A stretch of 44,077 nucleotides of DNA from an uncultured Candidatus Saccharibacteria bacterium (GTDB taxonomy: Bacteria > Patescibacteriota > Minisyncoccia > Minisyncoccales > 2-12-FULL-40-12). The notes below the pieces were generated by a model. The model saw nothing but the letters and a program-made list of their open reading frames with translations. It did not search any database and was not told where the DNA came from. Position numbers and translations under genes: made by a program. The stretch spans positions 1-44,077 of the forward strand of contig CAYJRW010000001.1 of assembly GCA_964372865.1 (NCBI GenBank), in the 5' to 3' direction. Positions 1 through 7,200 of the stretch are shown here, in pieces. The number at the start of each line of letters is the position of its first letter. The first letter of the stretch is position 1.

Positions 1-1142
1 GAAAACGGACGCCCCGCAATGCCATCAATCATCAACTTTAAATAAATGTGGTATTTTGCCAGGTTGACCAGGTCGCCGGCCGCAAATTCAGGAGTGAATT
101 CTTTTTCCAAATACTCTGCGTCTTCGGCGCCGACTCTGAAAGAAACAATAGTGCCTACGTTGCCAAAAACAGCGTCTCTGACTTCCTCTTCCATTTGGGC
201 AATATATTGATGCCCCAAAACCAAAGAAAGCCGGTATTTTCTTGCCTCACTCAAAATATTGACAAATGACTCTGTGGCAAAATTTTGGAATTCATCCACA
301 TACAAGAAAAAGTCCCTTCTCTTTTCTTCAGGTATATCCACTCTGGACATGGCGGCTAACTGCAGTTTGGTAATCAAAAGGGCGCCCATGAGCAAAGCGT
401 TGTCCTCGCCGATTCGGCCTTTCGAAAGATTAAGGATTAAAATTTTGCCCTCGTCCATAGCTTTTCTCATATCCACTGATGACTGGGTCTGCCCGATAAT
501 GTTGCGAATCAAGGGAGCTGAAATAAACTGGCCAACTTTGTTTTGTATGGCGGCTGTGGCTTCAACCTCGTATCTTTGAGTGTAGCGGGCAAATTCATTA
601 ACCCAAAATGACTTAACGACAGGGTCTTGTACGCGCTCAAGCACTTTTTTCCTGTAGTCGGGGTCAGCCAGCATTCTGTTTATTCCCAAAAGAGTGGAAC
701 CCTGATACTCCAAAAGCGCCAAAATGGAATTGTTCAAAATGTATTCCATTCTGGCTGACCAGACATCGGGCCAGATTTTTTTGAAAACCCCCATTAAACC
801 TGAGGCCACCAAATGCCTGTGCTCCAAATCAACTTTTTCCATAACGTTGAAGGCAATCGGAAAATCCAAATCAGCCGGATTAAAATAAATTACGTCGTTG
901 ACTCTGCTTGAAGGCACGAAATCCAAAATACGCTCTGCTGCTTCTCCATGAGGGTCAACAAAGCCAACGCCCTTTCCGTTTCTTATATCCTGAATGGCCA
1001 TATTCTCCATCATCACGGTCTTGCCCATGCCGGTTTTCCCGACAACGTAAACGTGCCTCCTCCTGTCGTCGGTTTTTATGCCGAACTTTTTTCTGGTGTT
1101 GCGGAAAGTGGTCTCTGCAAAAAAATTTATCTCATTATTCAT
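1..1142 (-). CDS. TraD/VirD4-like (type IV coupling-protein-type) P-loop ATPase with no N-terminal TM segment; C-terminal part runs off the window
   Basis: Not in the ORF track because no stop lies inside the window. Manual minus-strand translation from ATG 1142-1140 gives MNNEINFFAETTFRNTRKKFGIKTDDRRRHVYVVGKTGMGKT (Walker A), then RRDFFLYVDEFQNF (Walker B-like), then KYHIYLKLMIDGIAGRPF, open to base 3. The start lies 4 nt after the stop of ORF 1147-2424. Confidence 0.75.
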   Translation of the reverse strand, partial: MNNEINFFAETTFRNTRKKFGIKTDDRRRHVYVVGKTGMGKTVMMENMAIQDIRNGKGVGFVDPHGEAAERILDFVPSSRVNDVIYFNPADLDFPIAFNVMEKVDLEHRHLVASGLMGVFKKIWPDVWSARMEYILNNSILALLEYQGSTLLGINRMLADPDYRKKVLERVQDPVVKSFWVNEFARYTQRYEVEATAAIQNKVGQFISAPLIRNIIGQTQSSVDMRKAMDEGKILILNLSKGRIGEDNALLMGALLITKLQLAAMSRVDIPEEKRRDFFLYVDEFQNFATESFVNILSEARKYRLSLVLGHQYIAQMEEEVRDAVFGNVGTIVSFRVGAEDAEYLEKEFTPEFAAGDLVNLAKYHIYLKLMIDGIAGRPF

Positions 1143-1146
1143 AAAT

Positions 1147-2424
1147 TTATTCTATAGGCAAACCGGGGGTTGCCTCGCCCTTTTTTGCCTCAATTCTGGG
1201 CACTCCGGGAGCCGGAGCAACTATTCTTCCTGGGAAATGAAACAAAGTGGCTAATTCCTCGGTGTTCAAAACAAAGGTTCCCCCGTGCCTCGGGAAATAA
1301 GGAGTCCATCTTCTCTTGTAATATCTAAAAATTCTTCGCTTTCTTATGTAAAGACGCCTTTTATCCAAAAACCAAAAGAAAACCGACTTTACTTTAGTCA
1401 TTGTTCTTTTTTCCGGTTTAAAACCGCCTAAGTTCTCAACCGAGACCTCTTTAAAAAAGCCGTAAGGCGTTCTGGCTCTCGGGCCGAAAAAAACGTCTCT
1501 TTTGGCAAGATAAATGTACCTGATGTTGCAGTCAAAACCAAATTTTGTGATTTTTTCTTCAATGCCGGCAATAATCTCCCTTTCTCCAGGAGTAAGTTTC
1601 ATTTCAGGTGGTATCAATTCCTGTTCTTTTTTTCCTGGTTCCTCGAGGCCAAAGAGCAGGACTTCTGCTGCCTCTTGAACCATTGGCTTTGGCTTTGGTT
1701 TTTCGGGTCTTCTGGCTAATTTGTCTCTTATCTTATGGCCTTCGGCTATCCAGTTCTTGTCTTGTTCTCTAATCGGTTTTACGACAATCTGAACCCACAA
1801 CTGTTCTCCAGGCTTCAGAACGCTCATTCCCTCAAGAAGACCTGCCATTGGGTCAATTCTTTTTTCTTCCATGGGCTGGACTTCCGTTTCAAAGTTGGCA
1901 TAGGTCTTTATGGGGTAGGGATCAGGCTTAGTGTTGATTATATCCGTACCCCAAAGTTCCCAGTCCTTGTTTGGAATATCTGGGGGGGTATTCTGGGTGT
2001 AGTCAGGCGCTTCAGAAATCTCGGCTTCTGGATACTGAGAATAAATATTTGACTCAATAATGTCGCGGAATCTTGCAGGCACGCGGATATAAAAATGGAC
2101 TTCGCCTCCAATGCTGACAATCTCAAGAGAGAATCTGAGCTGAAACTGGCCTTCTATCCATATTTCTCTCCAGGTCATAACATCGTGAATTGAGTGAAAT
2201 CCGGCAAAAACATGCTCCATGGCCTTGATGGGCTTTATCACTTCTTTTGGCACTTTAATTTCCAGCAAAACCTTTGGTATGGTGGAGTCCCATAGCTCCA
2301 TTCTCCAAAAGCGATAAAGAAAAAGCAGCGGCTTCCAAAGAAAAAAAGGAAGTATCACCCACCACCAGCCCTTGAAAATCTGCCAAAAAACTATGAAGGT
2401 GGGAGATAAAAATTCGTGAAACAT
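1147..2424 (-). CDS. Hypothetical membrane-anchored protein (Trp-rich hydrophobic N-terminus, large soluble remainder), tightly coupled to the downstream ATPase
   Basis: 425 aa ORF. The N-terminus FIVFWQIFKGWWWVILPFFLWKPLLFLY looks like a TM hairpin. I recognise no catalytic motif. There are 5 nt to the upstream gene and 4 nt to the downstream ATPase. Confidence 0.7.
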   Translation of the reverse strand: MFHEFLSPTFIVFWQIFKGWWWVILPFFLWKPLLFLYRFWRMELWDSTIPKVLLEIKVPKEVIKPIKAMEHVFAGFHSIHDVMTWREIWIEGQFQLRFSLEIVSIGGEVHFYIRVPARFRDIIESNIYSQYPEAEISEAPDYTQNTPPDIPNKDWELWGTDIINTKPDPYPIKTYANFETEVQPMEEKRIDPMAGLLEGMSVLKPGEQLWVQIVVKPIREQDKNWIAEGHKIRDKLARRPEKPKPKPMVQEAAEVLLFGLEEPGKKEQELIPPEMKLTPGEREIIAGIEEKITKFGFDCNIRYIYLAKRDVFFGPRARTPYGFFKEVSVENLGGFKPEKRTMTKVKSVFFWFLDKRRLYIRKRRIFRYYKRRWTPYFPRHGGTFVLNTEELATLFHFPGRIVAPAPGVPRIEAKKGEATPGLPIE

Positions 2425-2429
2425 TAGAG

Positions 2430-3428
2430 TTATGACTTCTTGACTTGATACTTACCCTCCAGGGTCTTTGAAAAATAGTCCTTATTGCTCAAGTTGAGCA
2501 AAATGGTATCTCTTTTCACCAGCCGCTGTTTGAAAACATTGTCTATGAGATCTTCTTTGGACAAAGGCCTCTTAGCTTCCCTTAAAATATCTGAGATTAC
2601 GTCTTTAACATCGCCATCTTTGTATCCCCAGTCTCGCAGGGCGTAAAGGCCCCTGCCCACCAAAACAAACCTTGGGTCGCGAATCAGTTCATTGTGAACT
2701 GTCTGAACTAAGGCATCTGGACCTATTGCCCTGGCCACTTCTCTAAAATGTAATGGTTTTCCTGCTTTCTTTAAAGCCAAGAAGGCCTTGTCTTTAATGC
2801 TTTTGGGATTTATCTCTGGCCAATCTTTCAAGCCAAAAAGGCCTTCAGAGTTTTTCTGAATTATTTTTGAAATTTCTAAAAAGTGTTCCAATACCCCTGA
2901 AGACACGTTAACAGGCGGCTTGAAATCTGCAAGAGTTAAGGCCTGATTGCCTTCCGCCAATTTTTCATAAAAAGAGTTAATAACTTTTTTGGCCCTGTCA
3001 AAAGAATTTGGATTAACGGTCCAGACAGAGTGGAACTCTTCTGTTTCGGAAAATCGCCTAAAGGGCTCTGCCAGTGTCAACAAAAAGAAAACCTGGCGCT
3101 GATATTTTTCTTTGCCCAAATGAGAAAGTAAAATTTCCTCTTTTCTCAGATCGCCGGTATTTTTAAGATGGTCTGTAAAATACTTTACGATTTTCTGATA
3201 TTTTTTCATCTTGGGCTCAATTTTTGAAAGCCCGTCTCTTTCAATCTGCCTGACCCTCTCTCTTGTTATGCCAAAGTCATGGCCAATTAACTCTAAAGTT
3301 TCCCTCTTTTGGGTGTCAAAACCAAAACGTCTCCAAAGGACTTCTCTTTGTCTTTCCGGCAAATCGCTTAAAATTTCCGAACAAACTTTTGTATAATCAA
3401 ACATTTTAATAAATTGAAAACTTATCAA
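2430..3428 (-). CDS. Sigma-70 region-4-like HTH protein with two C-terminal HARE-HTH-like winged-helix modules
   Basis: 332 aa. LPERQREVLWRRFGFDTQKRETLELIGHDFGITRERVRQIERDGLSKI is a classic sigma region 4.2 HTH. KPLHFREVARAIG...RFVLVGRGLYALRDWGY and RPLSKEDLIDNV...FSKTLEGKYQVK resemble HARE-HTH. No sigma region 2 is visible. The start may be the Met 8 codons downstream. Confidence 0.7.
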   Translation of the reverse strand: MISFQFIKMFDYTKVCSEILSDLPERQREVLWRRFGFDTQKRETLELIGHDFGITRERVRQIERDGLSKIEPKMKKYQKIVKYFTDHLKNTGDLRKEEILLSHLGKEKYQRQVFFLLTLAEPFRRFSETEEFHSVWTVNPNSFDRAKKVINSFYEKLAEGNQALTLADFKPPVNVSSGVLEHFLEISKIIQKNSEGLFGLKDWPEINPKSIKDKAFLALKKAGKPLHFREVARAIGPDALVQTVHNELIRDPRFVLVGRGLYALRDWGYKDGDVKDVISDILREAKRPLSKEDLIDNVFKQRLVKRDTILLNLSNKDYFSKTLEGKYQVKKS

Positions 3429-3468
3429 AAGGTGAAACGAATCCTTGATTCGTTGAACATATTATATT

Positions 3469-3497
3469 GTTATATCATAATCCAATAAATATGTCAA
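3469..3497 (-). promoter_or_regulatory. Putative sigma-70-type promoter (TTGACA-N17-TATAAC) for the sigma4/HARE-HTH gene
   Basis: On the minus strand, TTGACA (3497-3492), a 17 nt spacer, then TATAAC (3474-3469), directly after the secF stop. Downstream, an 8 bp hairpin AACGAATC/GATTCGTT (3436-3454) sits in the would-be 5' UTR. Confidence 0.4.
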
Positions 3498-3499
3498 AC

Positions 3500-4378
3500 T
3501 TATTTTCTTAATCTTTGCCAGACGATCAAAATAGGGCCTGCTAAAAATATTGAAGAATAGGTGCCAAAAGAAATTCCCAGAATTAAAGCTAGAGCAAAAT
3601 ATTTTAAAACATCTCCGCCAATAAAGAAAATAAATATCAAAGGAAACAAAGTGGTCAAAGAAGTGTTTAACTGACGCCCGAGAGTTTGGTTTATGGAAAA
3701 ATTTACAGTATCTTCAAAAGAAATTACTGCTCTTCTTAAAAGGTTCTCTCTTACTCTGTCAAAAACCACCACCACATTATTGATTGCGTAACCAACAACG
3801 GTCAAGAGCGCAATTATAACCGGTGTAGTTATCTGAACATTATAAATGTTCCCCAAAACTGAAAAAATGCCCAGAGGCATTAAAACATCGTGAGAAAGTA
3901 TAATTAAAGAAACTATTCCCCATTGCCAAGATTTAACCGGTCTTGAAACTTGGCGGAAAGCCAAAGCAATGTAAAGGGTTATAGCAATCAGGGACAAAAC
4001 TATAACAATTCTGGTTTTTTGCTTTAATTCCCGACCAATTGTGGGACCTACTGATTCAAAACGCACTTCCTGAATCCCTCCCAGTTTCTCTAAAATAGTT
4101 TGGTGGGTCTCCTCTGAAACCTCTCTCATTCTTAGAATTACTCCATTTTCTCTTGTTGGTTGAACAGAAATTTCGCCCAATCCCAGGCCGGAGAGCTCTT
4201 GTTTGATTTCTTGAACCTGGGGCCTGTCTTTTGCGTATTCCAATTCCAAAATACTTCCACCTGTAAAATCAATTCCAGGCCTCAGGCCAAAGAAAAACAG
4301 AGAAATTATGCTTGCCAACAGCAAAATCCCCGAAAAAGCAAGGTATATTTTGTAATATTTTACTATTTCCACAGCCAT
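3500..4378 (-). CDS. secF: Protein translocase subunit SecF
   Basis: 292 aa with the GIDFTGG motif and multiple TM segments. It overlaps the secD 3' end by 16 nt. Confidence 0.9.
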   Translation of the reverse strand: MAVEIVKYYKIYLAFSGILLLASIISLFFFGLRPGIDFTGGSILELEYAKDRPQVQEIKQELSGLGLGEISVQPTRENGVILRMREVSEETHQTILEKLGGIQEVRFESVGPTIGRELKQKTRIVIVLSLIAITLYIALAFRQVSRPVKSWQWGIVSLIILSHDVLMPLGIFSVLGNIYNVQITTPVIIALLTVVGYAINNVVVVFDRVRENLLRRAVISFEDTVNFSINQTLGRQLNTSLTTLFPLIFIFFIGGDVLKYFALALILGISFGTYSSIFLAGPILIVWQRLRK

Positions 4379-5601
4379 TGAATATTTTCCAACTTTGTTC
4401 CTTCAAAAATTTTCAAAAAGTTCTTCGTAATAAAAATAGCAGAAAACATGCTGACCAAAATTCCAAAAATAAGGGCCAAGGCAAAGCCTTTAACAAAACT
4501 CGTGCCAATGCCAAACAAAATGAAAGCAACCAGCAGAGTAGTTAGATTTCCGTCGCGAATTGAAGGCCAAGCCCTTCGGAAACCTTCCTTCAAAGAAACA
4601 GAAAAAGTGTTTCCGCTTTTCTGTTCTTCTTTTATTCTTGAAAAGATTAAAATATTCGCGTCAACCGACATGCCAATGGAGAGTAAAAAGCCCGCAATGC
4701 CAGCCAGGGTAAGGGTAACAGGAATTATTTTAAAAATAGAAAGGACTAAAGCAATATAGATGCCTAGAGCCAGTGCCGCCAAAAACCCGGGCAGACGGTA
4801 AAAAATAATCATAAAAATTATTATGGCCAAAAATCCGGCAATGCCTGCTTTCAAAGATTCCTCCAGGGATACGGCACCCAAGGTAGGTCCTACCGACTGC
4901 TGAGAGATTAAGGTAATTGGCAAAGGCAGGGCGCCTGCGTTCAAATTTCTTGCCAGTTCTCTTGCTTGTTCAACTGTGAATTGACCAGTAATTTGCGCCC
5001 TGCCGCCTGAAATTGTCTCTTGAACAACCGGAGCTGAAATCAAAACAGTGTCAATATAAATTGCCAAAGGCCTGTCAACATTTCTTGCAGTCAATTCTTC
5101 AAAAATCCTTCCTCCTTCTGAGTCAAATTGCAAAGAAATTGTCGGCTTGCTGAATTGGTCAAAAACCACTTCTGCTTTTTGCAAATACCTTCCGGTCAGA
5201 GGAGTTGATTTAAATTCTTCTCCTGCCAACTCTCTAAACTCCAAAAAAGGGGTCTGGCCAATTAAACGAATGGCTTCTGAGGGCTCAATTATTCCTGCTA
5301 ACTCCACCGTTAATCTATCCTGCTGAACTTGAACCAAGGGCTCCCTGACTCCAAAAAGATTAATCCTTCTTTCAATAACGTCCCTTAAACCTTCCATGGC
5401 GATTTTTCTGTCTCCTTCTTTAATTCCCGACAAGTCCGCATCATAAATTAAATGAATTCCGCCTTGCAAATCCAAACCCAACCTGAAAGGAACATTGGGT
5501 ATAAATTGCAAATTCAGGGCCTGAGGATAAGCGAAATTCCCTGCAAAAAAAGCTAAAACGGAAATACCGGCAACAATAATGTAGACTCTTGTTTTTGGCA
5601 T
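4363..5601 (-). CDS. secD: Protein translocase subunit SecD
   Basis: 412 aa with LGLDLQGG, a periplasmic domain, then six C-terminal TM segments. It lies directly upstream of secF. Confidence 0.9.
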   Translation of the reverse strand: MPKTRVYIIVAGISVLAFFAGNFAYPQALNLQFIPNVPFRLGLDLQGGIHLIYDADLSGIKEGDRKIAMEGLRDVIERRINLFGVREPLVQVQQDRLTVELAGIIEPSEAIRLIGQTPFLEFRELAGEEFKSTPLTGRYLQKAEVVFDQFSKPTISLQFDSEGGRIFEELTARNVDRPLAIYIDTVLISAPVVQETISGGRAQITGQFTVEQARELARNLNAGALPLPITLISQQSVGPTLGAVSLEESLKAGIAGFLAIIIFMIIFYRLPGFLAALALGIYIALVLSIFKIIPVTLTLAGIAGFLLSIGMSVDANILIFSRIKEEQKSGNTFSVSLKEGFRRAWPSIRDGNLTTLLVAFILFGIGTSFVKGFALALIFGILVSMFSAIFITKNFLKIFEGTKLENIQWLWK

Positions 5602-5624
5602 ACTGTCAAATTATTTTACCACAA

Positions 5625-6287
5625 TCAAAATCCAGCCAAAAGGGCAGAAGCAATTCCCACTAAGAATATTCCGTCAAAAACGCCTGCTCCTCCGATTGAC
5701 AAATATCCGCCGTATTTTTTAATTCTTCTCAGGTTCAAAATATCTGCTCCAATTAAAGTTCCAAAGACCCCTGAAATAAAGGCGGTAGGAGCTGCAAATC
5801 CGGGGGCCAAAATAAGCGCAAAAACCGCAGAAGACAATGGCGGAATAAAAAAAGGCAGGACAATGCCTCTCCCCGGCACCATTCTTGCCAAAAATTTGGA
5901 AAGAATAATCATCAAGAGAGTGGCGATTAAAACCGGTTTTAATTCAAAACCCTCCTGCCATAACAGAAATAAAAAATAAAAGGAAAGTAAAATCGGCAAA
6001 ACAGCGCCGCCTAAATTCAGGACCACTCTCTGAACTTCGGTTTGGGTAGTTTTGAACAGCCCGAAAAATCTCGGCCGCTCAACATAAACCAATTTCTTTT
6101 TTGTTAAAGGAATGTTCACGGCTGAACCAATTAAAATCAGAAAAAGCAAAAATATTGTTGTTTCTGGAGATACGCCCAATTTCTCAAAGCCAATAGTAAC
6201 TATCTTAAAGTAGCCCAGAATCAGCAAAAACGGCAGAAACAAAAGAAAAAGCAAAAAGAACAAAAAGGCAACCGGCAGAAAAAGCAT
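5625..6287 (-). CDS. Polytopic membrane protein, DUF1614-like (assigned from memory of the family, needs an HMM check)
   Basis: 220 aa, highly hydrophobic, with an LNLGGAVLPILLSFYFL motif. Confidence 0.5.
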   Translation of the reverse strand: MLFLPVAFLFFLLFLLFLPFLLILGYFKIVTIGFEKLGVSPETTIFLLFLILIGSAVNIPLTKKKLVYVERPRFFGLFKTTQTEVQRVVLNLGGAVLPILLSFYFLFLLWQEGFELKPVLIATLLMIILSKFLARMVPGRGIVLPFFIPPLSSAVFALILAPGFAAPTAFISGVFGTLIGADILNLRRIKKYGGYLSIGGAGVFDGIFLVGIASALLAGF

Positions 6288-6288
6288 A

Positions 6289-6666
6289 TTATATTTCTTC
6301 TAATGAATAAACGTCAATAACTGGTTCTTCGTAGGGATGAACTTTTTTAATCGCTTCCACCACCGCCCCCACTTTATCCATCTCACACTCAACTTCAATT
6401 CGTTCCTCGGCCACTGCCTCAAATTCCCCAACCTTTCCAATATAAGGATGAGCTCCTTTCTCTGTCTTCCATCTACCAATCCCTTTTGAAGAAAAACTAA
6501 CGAATGTGTAATTGCCTATTTTCCCGACACCAGCTTTTCCCATGGCTTCTCTGATTTTATCAGCATCTGTCTCCGGCGCAAAAACAACTATTTTTACTTT
6601 GGTCGAAGAAAGCAAGCTTTTTTCTCCCCCCTTCGCTAAAGCTCGATGTTTTGATTTATTTGCCAT
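6289..6666 (-). CDS. Stand-alone NIF3/YqfO insert-domain-like (PII-like fold, COG3323-type) protein
   Basis: 125 aa. KIVVFAPETDADKIREAMGKAGVGKIGNYTFVSFSSKGIGRW...HPYEEPVIDVYSL matches the conserved pattern of the NIF3 insert domain. Confidence 0.6.
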   Translation of the reverse strand: MANKSKHRALAKGGEKSLLSSTKVKIVVFAPETDADKIREAMGKAGVGKIGNYTFVSFSSKGIGRWKTEKGAHPYIGKVGEFEAVAEERIEVECEMDKVGAVVEAIKKVHPYEEPVIDVYSLEEI

Positions 6667-6708
6667 GGCATTTCTGTTACTTCTTGAAATTTACGAATTA
6701 TCATGCGG

Positions 6709-7200
6709 CTATTTCTGCTGTATTTGCTCAATATCTACCTTATCAACATCTCTGCCCAAGACGGACTTGTAGCGAATTAGTATGTCCTTTGGTATTACAC
6801 TTACTTTGATGCCAAATACCTCTTTTTGTGTTGACTTAGAAAAATCAATCCCATTCACCACAGTTTTTTCCGTTTTGTGGTCAGTTATTTTCAAACTATT
6901 ACCGTCGCAAATGTCCATTTTTTGTCCCTCGTATTCAAGTTTTACATACACACCTATTAGACCCCAATTATCATCTTGAAAACGCTCTGGGCCCAAAAGT
7001 ATATATGGCCTGACCTCTTCAATAATCTCCTGAAACTTGTCATGCGGTATTTCCAAATCAATATCCTCCAGCCCTCTGGTTGCTCCGTATAACTTTGCCG
7101 CAAAACCCCCCGTAATCAGGTAGGGACTTTTATGTTTCTTCAGTATCCCCAGTATCCAGCGTAATGCTTTTTCAGTTTTCTTTTCGTAGTTATTTTCCAT
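6709..7200 (-). CDS. Nucleotidyltransferase-fold protein (ANT/Lnu-like minimal NTase)
   Basis: The ORF 6709-7269 is trimmed to Met MENNYEKK at 7200, so the overlap with the secA 3' end is 11 nt. The motif is ITGGFAAKLYGATRGLEDIDLEI (G-G...D-x-D). Confidence 0.5.
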   Translation of the reverse strand: MENNYEKKTEKALRWILGILKKHKSPYLITGGFAAKLYGATRGLEDIDLEIPHDKFQEIIEEVRPYILLGPERFQDDNWGLIGVYVKLEYEGQKMDICDGNSLKITDHKTEKTVVNGIDFSKSTQKEVFGIKVSVIPKDILIRYKSVLGRDVDKVDIEQIQQK

